This document shows, in pieces, positions 6,523 to 13,956 of a stretch of DNA of 19,674 nucleotides. How positions within the stretch are numbered: the stretch's first letter is position 1; each line of letters opens with the position of its first letter. Made by a program: the position numbers and the translations under genes. The stretch spans positions 1 through 19,674 of the forward strand of contig DATMXZ010000186.1 in the NCBI GenBank assembly GCA_035561235.1. The letters run 5' to 3'. Source of the DNA: Ignavibacteria bacterium (lineage in GTDB: Bacteria > Bacteroidota > Ignavibacteria > Tepidaquicellales > Tepidaquicellaceae). The notes under the pieces are model-generated. The model worked only from the letters and a program-made list of their open reading frames with translations, was not told where the DNA came from and ran no database searches.

Positions 6523-6554
6523 AATTTGTAATGAACATATGTTCATTACAAATT
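6523..6554. promoter_or_regulatory. Perfect 32-bp palindrome (operator-like) in the divergent pdaD / cysteine-synthase-like promoter region
   Basis: aatttgtaatgaacat|atgttcattacaaatt. I checked all 16 base pairs by hand and all are complementary. The core GAACATATGTTC lies at 6533..6544. A possible promoter overlaps it: TGAACA, 17 nt, then TATAAA (6556..6561), reading toward the ATG at 6615. Confidence 0.6.
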
Positions 6555-6614
6555 TATAAAGAAAAACACACGAAGTCAAGAGAGAAAACTTTTTTAAACT
6601 AAAGAACCACGCGA

Positions 6615-7580
6615 ATGTATTACCGCAATATTCTTGAACTGATAGGAAATACCCCGCTAGTCAGGATTAACAACATGACAAGGGGAATAAAGGCGACAGT
6701 GCTGGCGAAGATCGAATTCTGCAATCCGGGGGGAAGCGTAAAAGACAGAGTAGGACGGGCAATGATAGAAGACGCCGAGAAAAAGGGTTTATTGAAAAAA
6801 GGATCGACAATTGTCGAGGCGACCAGCGGAAACACGGGAATCGGTCTGGCTCTTGCGGGCAGGGTCAAAGGTTACAGAGTTATTCTTGTGATGACGGATA
6901 AGATAGGTCAGGAAAAGCGCAACTATTTAAAAGCGCTCGGAGCGGAGGTGGTTATAGTGCCGAAGGAAGCGACACCCGATTCGCCCGATTATTACAGGAA
7001 CAAGGCAAAATCTCTTTCGGAAGAGATACCGGGCGCTATTAATCTGAATCAATACGCCAATGAATCGAATCCCGGCAGCCATTATAACACCACGGGCGCG
7101 GAAATCTGGAAAGACACTGAAGGGAAAATCACACACTTCGTGTGCGGCGTAGGTACAGCGGGCACAATTACAGGCGTATCTAAATACCTGAAAGAAAAGA
7201 ATCCTGACATTAAGGTGATAGGGGCTGACCCCGCGGGTTCAAATTTTAAAATATTCAAGGACACGGGAAAAATAGGCGAGGTTAAGATGCATCAAATCGA
7301 GGGATTAGGAACCGACATAATTCCCCCGATAACAGATTTTCAATACGTTGATGAAATAATAAGCGTAAACGATAAGGACTCAATCGATACTTGCCGCAGG
7401 CTTGCAAAAGAAGAGGGAATTTTCGCGGGCGCTTCTTCGGGAACGGGAGCGTTTCTTGCCTTAAAGACCGCTGAGAAACTCGACGATAACGGGCTTGTTG
7501 TTTTCCTTGTCTGCGATACGGGTGAAAGATATCTCTCTAAATACCACAACGAAAAGTGGCTGAAGGAAAACAATTTTTGA
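6615..7580 (+). CDS. PLP-dependent cysteine synthase / cystathionine beta-synthase-like enzyme (fold type II, no CBS domains)
   Basis: 321-aa ORF. Motifs present: IGNTPLVRIN, the PLP-lysine motif NPGGSVKDRVG, ATSGNTGIGLA, and GVGTAGTITGV. The length is that of CysK/CysM/MccA. I cannot separate O-acetylserine sulfhydrylase from CBS by eye. Confidence 0.9.
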   Translation: MYYRNILELIGNTPLVRINNMTRGIKATVLAKIEFCNPGGSVKDRVGRAMIEDAEKKGLLKKGSTIVEATSGNTGIGLALAGRVKGYRVILVMTDKIGQEKRNYLKALGAEVVIVPKEATPDSPDYYRNKAKSLSEEIPGAINLNQYANESNPGSHYNTTGAEIWKDTEGKITHFVCGVGTAGTITGVSKYLKEKNPDIKVIGADPAGSNFKIFKDTGKIGEVKMHQIEGLGTDIIPPITDFQYVDEIISVNDKDSIDTCRRLAKEEGIFAGASSGTGAFLALKTAEKLDDNGLVVFLVCDTGERYLSKYHNEKWLKENNF

Positions 7581-7618
7581 AACTGACACACACAAAGAAT
7601 TTAAAACAAACAAGAAAG

Positions 7619-8803
7619 ATGGACACAAAAAATCTGGGATTTAATTCAAAACTTATACACGCGGGCGGGTATAAAGACAAGCAAGGAAGTGTAAACGTTC
7701 CGATATTTCAATCATCAACATTTCAGTTTGAAAGCGCGGAGGAAGGAGCGAGATGTTTTAACGGTGAAAGCGACGGGTACATTTACACGCGGCTCGGAAA
7801 TCCGACAATAAACGTTCTCGAAAAAATCATTGCCGAACTCGAGAAGGGATACGGCGCAATCGGAACCGGTTCCGGTATGGGAGCGGTGAACACGGTATAT
7901 ATGGGTTTACTGAAGAAGGGTGATCACATAATAAGTTCGGACGCTGTTTACGGACCATCGCGGGTTGTGCTGGAAGAAAAGTATTCGGAGTTTGGAATAG
8001 AGTCGTCATTCGTCAAAACTTCAGATTCCGAGAATATCAAGAAGGCAATAAAGCCTAACACAAAAGTATTGTATCTGGAGACACCCGCGAATCCAACAAT
8101 TGAGATAAGCGATCTTAAGAAATGCTCTGAAATTGCAAAGGAAAACAAACTTACGATGGTTGTTGACAACACTTTCTCAAGCCCATATCTGCAAAGGCCC
8201 ATAGAATTCGGGGCGGACGTGGTTATACATTCATTGACAAAGTTTATAAACGGTCACGCCGACATAGTAGGCGGCATTGTTGTAGCAAAAGACGAACAGA
8301 TGTACAAAAAACTCAGGTCAACAATGATTAATCTGGGCTGCAACATGGATCCTCATCAGGCGTTTCTCGTAATAAGGGGTTTAAAAACGCTCGGACTGCG
8401 AATCGACAGGGCGCAGGAAAACGCGATGAAGATAGCGGAATATCTCGAAGGGCATCCGAAAATCGAATGGATAAAATATCCGGGATTAAAGTCCCATCCG
8501 CAGCACGAACTTGCAAAAAAGCAGATGAACGGATTCGGCTCAATGATTAGTTTCGGATTAAAAGGCGGTTTCGAAGCGGGAAAGACAATAATGAACAACG
8601 TTAAGATGGCAATGCTTGCAGTATCGCTCGGCGGTGTTGAGTCTTTAATTGAACATCCGGCATCGATGACGCATTCTAAAGTGTCGCAGGCAGATAAAAT
8701 CAAGGCGGGGATTACAGACGGTCTTGTCAGATATTCCGTGGGAATCGAAGATGTTGACGATTTGATATCCGATCTCCGGCAGGCTCTTGATAAAATCAAA
8801 TAA
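7619..8803 (+). CDS. Cys/Met-metabolism PLP enzyme (methionine gamma-lyase / cystathionine gamma-lyase family)
   Basis: The ORF track begins at GTG 7556, inside the upstream gene. I prefer ATG 7619 (MDTKNLGFNSKLIHAGG...) because homologues start near the xxIHAG motif. Motifs present: SSTFQFESAEEGARCFNGE..GYIYTRLGNPT, the PLP-lysine HSLTKFINGHADIVGG, and LAVSLGGVESLIEHPASMTH. Confidence 0.88.
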   Translation: MDTKNLGFNSKLIHAGGYKDKQGSVNVPIFQSSTFQFESAEEGARCFNGESDGYIYTRLGNPTINVLEKIIAELEKGYGAIGTGSGMGAVNTVYMGLLKKGDHIISSDAVYGPSRVVLEEKYSEFGIESSFVKTSDSENIKKAIKPNTKVLYLETPANPTIEISDLKKCSEIAKENKLTMVVDNTFSSPYLQRPIEFGADVVIHSLTKFINGHADIVGGIVVAKDEQMYKKLRSTMINLGCNMDPHQAFLVIRGLKTLGLRIDRAQENAMKIAEYLEGHPKIEWIKYPGLKSHPQHELAKKQMNGFGSMISFGLKGGFEAGKTIMNNVKMAMLAVSLGGVESLIEHPASMTHSKVSQADKIKAGITDGLVRYSVGIEDVDDLISDLRQALDKIK

Positions 8804-8839
8804 AATAAAATTATTAAATTACAGTCGAAAGGACTTTAT

Positions 8840-9253
8840 ATGAAAGTAGCAATTCCAACAATCTCGGGTAACGTTGATGACCATTTTGGTCACTGTGAAT
8901 ATTTTCAGGTATTCACAACAAACGACAACAAAGAAATCATTCACGAGGAATTAATTTCGTCGCCGAACGGCTGCGGATGCAAATCCAACATCGTTGAAAA
9001 ACTTTCGAGCATAGGCGTAAAAGTCATGCTGGCGGGAAATATCGGCGGCGGTGCAATAAACAAATTAAACGAGAACGGCATAGCGGTTGTCAGGGGTTGT
9101 TCCGGCAACGTAAAGAACGTTTTGAACGACTGGCTGAGCGGAAAAATAAAAGACAGCGGTGAATCCTGCAAGGAGCACGAGCATCATCACGGCGAAGGAC
9201 ACGGCCACGGGCACGAAGGCCGGGATTGCCACGAGCACGGACATAAACACTGA
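8840..9253 (+). CDS. NifB/NifX-like (Nitro_FeMo-Co fold) small protein with a His-rich C-terminal tail
   Basis: 137-aa ORF. MKVAIPTISGNVDDHFGHCEYFQVF...IGVKVMLAGNIGGGAINKLNENGIAVV matches the stand-alone NifX/MTH1175-like pattern. The C-terminus is CKEHEHHHGEGHGHGHEGRDCHEHGHKH. AAAGGA lies 6 nt upstream, and the gene starts 36 nt after the gamma-lyase stop. Confidence 0.75.
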   Translation: MKVAIPTISGNVDDHFGHCEYFQVFTTNDNKEIIHEELISSPNGCGCKSNIVEKLSSIGVKVMLAGNIGGGAINKLNENGIAVVRGCSGNVKNVLNDWLSGKIKDSGESCKEHEHHHGEGHGHGHEGRDCHEHGHKH

Positions 9254-9382
9254 CACGGCATAATCAATTAGTACATCCGAAAATTTCTTAGAAATGTTTT
9301 AAGCGTAAATCTTTAGGCCTGATGTTAGTAATTCCAAAAACAACAGGCACGAAGAGTCGCGTCAGAGAATTCAAATTTTATT

Positions 9383-10009
9383 ATGAGTGAAAAACTGAAG
9401 CACTGGTATGACGGCCGGTTCTACGACAAATTTATAGCCCCGAATCAGGATGAGGCATTCAGGATAGTACGGGAGTTGATACCTGCCGGCTCGACTGTTC
9501 TGGATGCGGGCTGCGGGACGGGGAGACTTTGCTTTCAGTTAAGCGGTAAATGCGCCAACATCGACGGCATTGATCCGTCGGACAAGAACATAATTACGGC
9601 TAATGCGAAACTTGACCGGTCTTTGAATTCAAATATCAGATTTCACCATAACGACATCAAAACGTTCCTCGTGTCAACCGGAAGCAAATACAATTTCGCC
9701 GTGATTTCATACGTCATTCACGAGGTAACAGAAAATAAGCGGGAAGAAATTTTGAAACTTCTCTCGGCGCACGCGGACAAAATAATCGTGATAGATTATC
9801 TTACTCCGCATCCCAGAACATTTACGGGAATCGTTAACAGGGTTGTCGAGTTTCTTGCCGGAAGAAATCATTACAATAATTTCATGTCGTATTTACGCGC
9901 AGGCGGATTAAAGGGGCTGTCGGAAAAGACGGGATTAAGCATCACAAAGGAAATACGGAATTTCCCAAGAACATCGCACATTATGGTATTATCAAAAATC
10001 AACGATTAG
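9383..10009 (+). CDS. Class I SAM-dependent methyltransferase (substrate unknown)
   Basis: 208-aa ORF with motif I VLDAGCGTGRL, the acidic post-I residue in IDGIDPS, and a later FAVISYVIHEV block. Confidence 0.8.
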   Translation: MSEKLKHWYDGRFYDKFIAPNQDEAFRIVRELIPAGSTVLDAGCGTGRLCFQLSGKCANIDGIDPSDKNIITANAKLDRSLNSNIRFHHNDIKTFLVSTGSKYNFAVISYVIHEVTENKREEILKLLSAHADKIIVIDYLTPHPRTFTGIVNRVVEFLAGRNHYNNFMSYLRAGGLKGLSEKTGLSITKEIRNFPRTSHIMVLSKIND

Positions 10010-10072
10010 CAGACTATAAAATCCGTGTAATTTTTCTTTTCAATATTATTTATTAAAATCAAATTATTATTT

Positions 10073-10780
10073 ATGGAACAGAATCAAGCAATCCCCATGC
10101 CGAGAATAGGCGACAAGGCGCCCGAATTCAAGGCGGTTACAACACAGGGGGACATAAATTTCCCCGCCGATTACAAGGGAAACTGGGTAATTTTATTCAG
10201 CCATCCGGCCGATTTCACTCCGGTATGCACATCAGAATTCATGACTTTTGCAACCTTAGAAGACAAGTTCGCAAGCGCGAACTGTAAACTTGTAGGACTA
10301 TCGGTTGACGGGCTTTACAGCCACATTGCCTGGTTAAGAACGATAAGAGAGAAGATTGAATACAAGGGCATGAAGGATGTTGAAGTGCGGTTTCCTTTAA
10401 TCGAGGATATCACGATGGAAGTCGCGAAGAAATACGGAATGATACAGCCCGGTGAAAGCAACACAAAAGCAGTACGGGCAGTGTTCTTCATAGACCCGAA
10501 AGGAATCATCAGGGCGATTATATATTATCCTTTAAGCCTTGGCCGTAATTTCGACGAACTTTACCGCGCGCTAATCGCAATGCAGACCGCGGATAATTTT
10601 TCCATTGCAACGCCTGCAGACTGGCAGCCGGGTGACGATGTGATAGTTCCCACCGCGGGTTCCTGCGGTGTTGCGAAAGACAGAATGGAAGGCAAAGAAA
10701 AATTAAAATGTTACGACTGGTTTTTCTGTACAAAGGAACTGGACAAAGAATCGGTAATAAAAGCGGTGACGAAAAAATAA
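10073..10780 (+). CDS. Peroxiredoxin, Prx6/archaeal-type (1-Cys-like fold with C-terminal Cys pair)
   Basis: 235-aa ORF. The peroxidatic site is FSHPADFTPVCTSEF, followed by LSVDGLYSHIAWL. The C-terminal KCYDWFFC resembles the CxDWWFC motif of archaeal thioredoxin peroxidases such as the Aeropyrum enzyme. Confidence 0.9.
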   Translation: MEQNQAIPMPRIGDKAPEFKAVTTQGDINFPADYKGNWVILFSHPADFTPVCTSEFMTFATLEDKFASANCKLVGLSVDGLYSHIAWLRTIREKIEYKGMKDVEVRFPLIEDITMEVAKKYGMIQPGESNTKAVRAVFFIDPKGIIRAIIYYPLSLGRNFDELYRALIAMQTADNFSIATPADWQPGDDVIVPTAGSCGVAKDRMEGKEKLKCYDWFFCTKELDKESVIKAVTKK

Positions 10781-10830
10781 TTCTCCGCTATTCTGCGTGC
10801 GCGGTCTCAGGCGCACATAAGTCCGGCAAC

Positions 10831-10868
10831 AAAAAAGCCCGGCAGTAAAAAAATACTGCCGGGTTTTA
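10831..10868. terminator. Bidirectional rho-independent terminator between the convergent peroxiredoxin and LVIVD-lipoprotein genes
   Basis: A perfect 10-bp stem, cccggcagta (10838..10847) pairing with tactgccggg (10854..10863), with an aaaaaa loop. It is flanked by aaaaaag on the left and ttttat on the right, so a U-tract follows the hairpin on both strands. A second 6-bp GC hairpin, gtgcgc-N8-gcgcac, lies at 10797..10816. Confidence 0.85.
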
Positions 10869-10887
10869 TATATTCGTTGAAACGCAA

Positions 10888-11898
10888 TCAAGGATATCGG
10901 AGAATTATTAATTTTGTTTTATCGGACACGAACAAGTGACCGTCGTACTGCGTAATCCCTACGGCGTTGCCCTGCGTGCTGTAGCCCGCGAGGAGCCTCG
11001 CATTGGACGGATTAGAAATGTCGAAAGTCTCGACTCCGCGGTTGTTTTCCGCGGAATAGACATAATTACCGTAAGCGGCGACCGCGAAAGCGGGTCCCAG
11101 AGTGCTCAGAAAGCCGAGTTGAACAGGGCTCGAAGGATTTGTAACGTCAAGCACGAGAACTCCGTTTACATCGTTTGCAATCAGGGCAATATTGCCGCTG
11201 AATTTAATATCGTAAGCGTAATGGTCGTTCAGCCCCTGTGATAATCTTGAAGGTGACTGCGGATTCGAGACATCAACGATGTCAATCCCCTGGTCCTGAA
11301 CAAGATACGCGGTATTGTTCTTTACCTGTATTTCGTTTATCACGCTGAACGTCTGATAAGTTGTTAATCGGGAAACGTGCGGCAGCGAAGATAAATCGTA
11401 AACATACATCACCTTGCCGCTTCCGCCCGCGTACAGGACCTTGCTGACGGTATCCGCAAAAACGGAATTTATGTCATCGCCCTGAAGCGCAAGAAGCGTA
11501 TCAAGAATCGCGGAGTTTACGTCGGACACGTCTATCACGCTCACGCCGCCAGTACCCGAAGCGGTAAACACTCTTGTTCCGCCGCCGATATAGCAGGCAT
11601 AGGTTTCTTTTACGTATCCCGTAACGTTATAACCCACAATTGGAACGGGCTGTGATTTCTGAGTCACGTCAAAAATCTGAAGACCGTCATTACCTCCTGA
11701 AAGAAAAAGATAATCGGTCGAGCCTGTTTTTTTAACGAATGAATGAAGGTATGTTCCCTGACCGCTGTACTCCCCTACAAATACCATATTTTCTTCTTCA
11801 TACGAAACCGTGTTATCGGATTCGCACCCGTATAAAAAAGCAAAAATAATCGGTAAGAGAACAACCGCCGTCCTGAAAATAATATTATGTTTTTTCAT
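10888..11898 (-). CDS. LVIVD-repeat beta-propeller lipoprotein
   Basis: 336-aa ORF with a signal peptide and lipobox (LLPIIFAFLYGC). It has about six repeats of the LxIxDVSNPxxP type: LQIFDVTQKSQP, VSVIDVSDVNSA, MYVYDLSSLPHV, IDIVDVSNPQSP, VLVLDVTNPSSP, VETFDISNPSNA. Confidence 0.75.
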   Translation of the reverse strand: MKKHNIIFRTAVVLLPIIFAFLYGCESDNTVSYEEENMVFVGEYSGQGTYLHSFVKKTGSTDYLFLSGGNDGLQIFDVTQKSQPVPIVGYNVTGYVKETYACYIGGGTRVFTASGTGGVSVIDVSDVNSAILDTLLALQGDDINSVFADTVSKVLYAGGSGKVMYVYDLSSLPHVSRLTTYQTFSVINEIQVKNNTAYLVQDQGIDIVDVSNPQSPSRLSQGLNDHYAYDIKFSGNIALIANDVNGVLVLDVTNPSSPVQLGFLSTLGPAFAVAAYGNYVYSAENNRGVETFDISNPSNARLLAGYSTQGNAVGITQYDGHLFVSDKTKLIILRYP

Positions 11899-11993
11899 AT
11901 TTCAAAGATATCTTTAATTTTATACTATGAAAACGTAAAAACGTTCCCGGCCTGTGTTCCGACGGGAGCGGCTGACGGGAAAAACGTTCTATT

Positions 11994-12989
11994 TTAAAGG
12001 CGTTTTATGCAAGCGACTTCCCTCCCGTTTTCCTTTACCTCGAGCGGGGGAACGGTTTTCAGGCATTCGTCCGACGCTTCGGGACACCTGCCCGCGAAGA
12101 CGCATCCCTGCGGCCTTGTTAGTGTCGAAGGAATATCGCCTGAGAGTAAAATTCTTTCGCGCTTATTTTCTGAAAAAGCGGGTACGGGGACCGAAGAAAT
12201 CAAGGCTTTCGTGTACGGGTGTCCGGGGTTTGAAAATACCTTTCCGCATTTTCCGCGCTCCAAAATTTTTCCGAGATACATCACGGCAACATCGGTGCAG
12301 AGATTCTCAATCACGGACAAATCGTGAGAGACGAACAGGAGTGTGAGATTAAGTTCATTTTTTAATTTTCTGAACAGGTTTATGATTTGCGCCTGAACCG
12401 ACACGTCAAGCGACGACAGCGGCTCATCGGCAATCAGAATTTTCGGTCCCGCGGCGAGCGCCCGTGCGATGCCAGCCCGCTGTTTCTGACCTCCCGACAA
12501 TTCGTGCGGAAATCTGTAATAAATTTCTTCACCCAGTCCCGTCAATTCAAGCAGGTCTATAACTTTATTTTTTCTTTCGGACTTTCCGAGGGAAGTAAGA
12601 TGCTTCAACGGCTCCTGAATAATCTCTCCGATGTTGAAGCGCGGATTAAGCGAACCCGACGGGTCCTGAAAAATAAACTGGACATAACTTCTCAACTTTG
12701 CTCTTTCTTCACGGTTAAGGCGCGCGTAATCGTAAACTTCTCCGTTGACTTTCAGAACAATGTTTCCAGATATTCTCACTCCCGGATTATTGAACTTCAG
12801 AAGATTGCCAGCCGCTCTTGCGATTGTGCTTTTTCCGCTTCCGGATTCTCCCGCGAGCCCGAGCGAACAGCCTTCTTCAAGTTCCAGGCTGAAATCATCC
12901 GCGGCAGTTATGCTACCGCGCGAGAATATTCCGCTTCGTCCCGAAGGATATGAAACGTAGAGCCGGTTTATTTCAAGAATGTTACTCAT
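11994..12989 (-). CDS. Peptide ABC transporter ATP-binding protein (OppF/DppF type; equivalent to the second half of YejF)
   Basis: 331-aa ORF with Walker A GESGSGKST, signature LSGGQKQR, Walker B LIADEPLSSLD, and the C-terminal oligopeptide-ABC extension (HPYTKALISSVP). Its ATG overlaps the upstream stop by 8 nt, with GAGGTG upstream. Confidence 0.9.
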   Translation of the reverse strand: MSNILEINRLYVSYPSGRSGIFSRGSITAADDFSLELEEGCSLGLAGESGSGKSTIARAAGNLLKFNNPGVRISGNIVLKVNGEVYDYARLNREERAKLRSYVQFIFQDPSGSLNPRFNIGEIIQEPLKHLTSLGKSERKNKVIDLLELTGLGEEIYYRFPHELSGGQKQRAGIARALAAGPKILIADEPLSSLDVSVQAQIINLFRKLKNELNLTLLFVSHDLSVIENLCTDVAVMYLGKILERGKCGKVFSNPGHPYTKALISSVPVPAFSENKRERILLSGDIPSTLTRPQGCVFAGRCPEASDECLKTVPPLEVKENGREVACIKRL

Positions 12990-13956
12990 ACAGAAAGCAC
13001 CTCACGAAATGTCCTTCTTTAATTTCTTTGAGCGGGGGTTCCGTTACGCCGCACTCCTTCTTCTGCGCCGGACACCTGCCGTAGAACTTGCAGCCCGGCG
13101 GATTGTCATAAATGCCGTAAACGCTTCCGGGGATGGATTTCAGGTCATCGCCGCGCTGCTTTCCGAAAACCGGCACTGATTCAAGAAGCAGTTTTGTATA
13201 AGGGTGCAGAGGATATAAGAAAATTTCCTTTGTCGATGAGGATTCCTGTATCTTTCCTCCGTACATAACGGCTACACTGCCGCAGGTTCCCGCAACAACT
13301 CCGAGATTGTGCGTGATGAGAACTATTGAGGATATCTTGTTTTGCTCTTTGAGTTTCAGCATCAGGTCGAGTATGGCAGCCTGCACGGTTACGTCCAGAG
13401 AGGTTGTCGGCTCGTCCGCTATAAGCAGGGAAGGATTTCCAGCGAGTGCCATCGCAATCATAACTCTTTGCTGCATTCCCCCGCTGAGGCTTCCGGGATA
13501 TTCCTTAATTCTTTTACCCGCGTCCGGAATTCCGACCTGACTGAGAAGTTCAACGGACTTTTCATAAATCTCTTTCCCGTCCGTTTTTTCCCGCGCGTTA
13601 AAAACCTCCGCCAACTGCGACTCTACTGTCATCACGGGATTAAGAGCGGAGCCGGGTTCCTGAAAAATCATCGCTATTTCCGACCCTCTGAATTTTCTTA
13701 ATTCTTCGAATGACAGTTTCAGGAGGTCGGTTCCATTGTAAATGATTTTCCCCGATTCGATTTTTCCCGGCGGCTCGGAAATCAAGCCGAGCACGGAGTA
13801 CGCCGTTACCGATTTTCCCGAACCCGATTCGCCTACAAGACCGAGAATTTCATCCTCATAAACGTCAAGATTCAGTCCGTCGACCGCATTGCCTTTTTTA
13901 TTATTGAGGCTGAACGATACTTTCAAATCTTTTATTTCAAGAATTTTCTTTTTCAT
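12982..13956 (-). CDS. Peptide ABC transporter ATP-binding protein (OppD/DppD type; equivalent to the first half of YejF)
   Basis: 324-aa ORF with Walker A GESGSGKSV, signature LSGGMQQR, Walker B LIADEPTTSLD, and HPYTKLLLESVP. There is a 4-nt ATGA overlap with the permease gene. Confidence 0.9.
   Translation of the reverse strand: MKKKILEIKDLKVSFSLNNKKGNAVDGLNLDVYEDEILGLVGESGSGKSVTAYSVLGLISEPPGKIESGKIIYNGTDLLKLSFEELRKFRGSEIAMIFQEPGSALNPVMTVESQLAEVFNAREKTDGKEIYEKSVELLSQVGIPDAGKRIKEYPGSLSGGMQQRVMIAMALAGNPSLLIADEPTTSLDVTVQAAILDLMLKLKEQNKISSIVLITHNLGVVAGTCGSVAVMYGGKIQESSSTKEIFLYPLHPYTKLLLESVPVFGKQRGDDLKSIPGSVYGIYDNPPGCKFYGRCPAQKKECGVTEPPLKEIKEGHFVRCFLYE

Noticed and set aside
7556-7618. GTG-initiated 21-codon N-terminal extension of the gamma-lyase ORF, as given in the ORF track
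   Set aside because: It overlaps the last 25 nt of the upstream gene and adds a basic, non-homologous leader (MAEGKQFLKLTHTKNLKQTRK). Family members begin close to the xxIHAG motif, so the ATG at 7619 is the better start. This remains unproven without N-terminal data.
9176-9250. Repetitive cac/cat/ggc DNA that looks like a short tandem repeat
   Set aside because: It is fully explained as in-frame His/Gly codons of the NifX-like protein tail. It has no regular repeat unit or spacer structure, so it is neither a CRISPR array nor a VNTR.
9283-9295. Short inverted repeat atttct-t-agaaat in the spacer before the methyltransferase gene
   Set aside because: The arms are only 6 bp of AT-rich sequence, so it is expected by chance, and there is no adjacent U-tract or promoter context.
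12387-12953. 188-aa plus-strand ORF antisense to the ABC ATPase gene. Similar long antisense ORFs occur at 11954-12346, 13342-13701, 16270-16752, 8356-8799, 5172-5552, 4385-4771 and 19036-19416.
   Set aside because: Each sits entirely inside a gene whose opposite-strand product has unambiguous family motifs (Walker A/B, PLP lysine and others). Their products are Arg/Ser/Phe-rich, as expected for reverse-complement frames. There is no independent start context.
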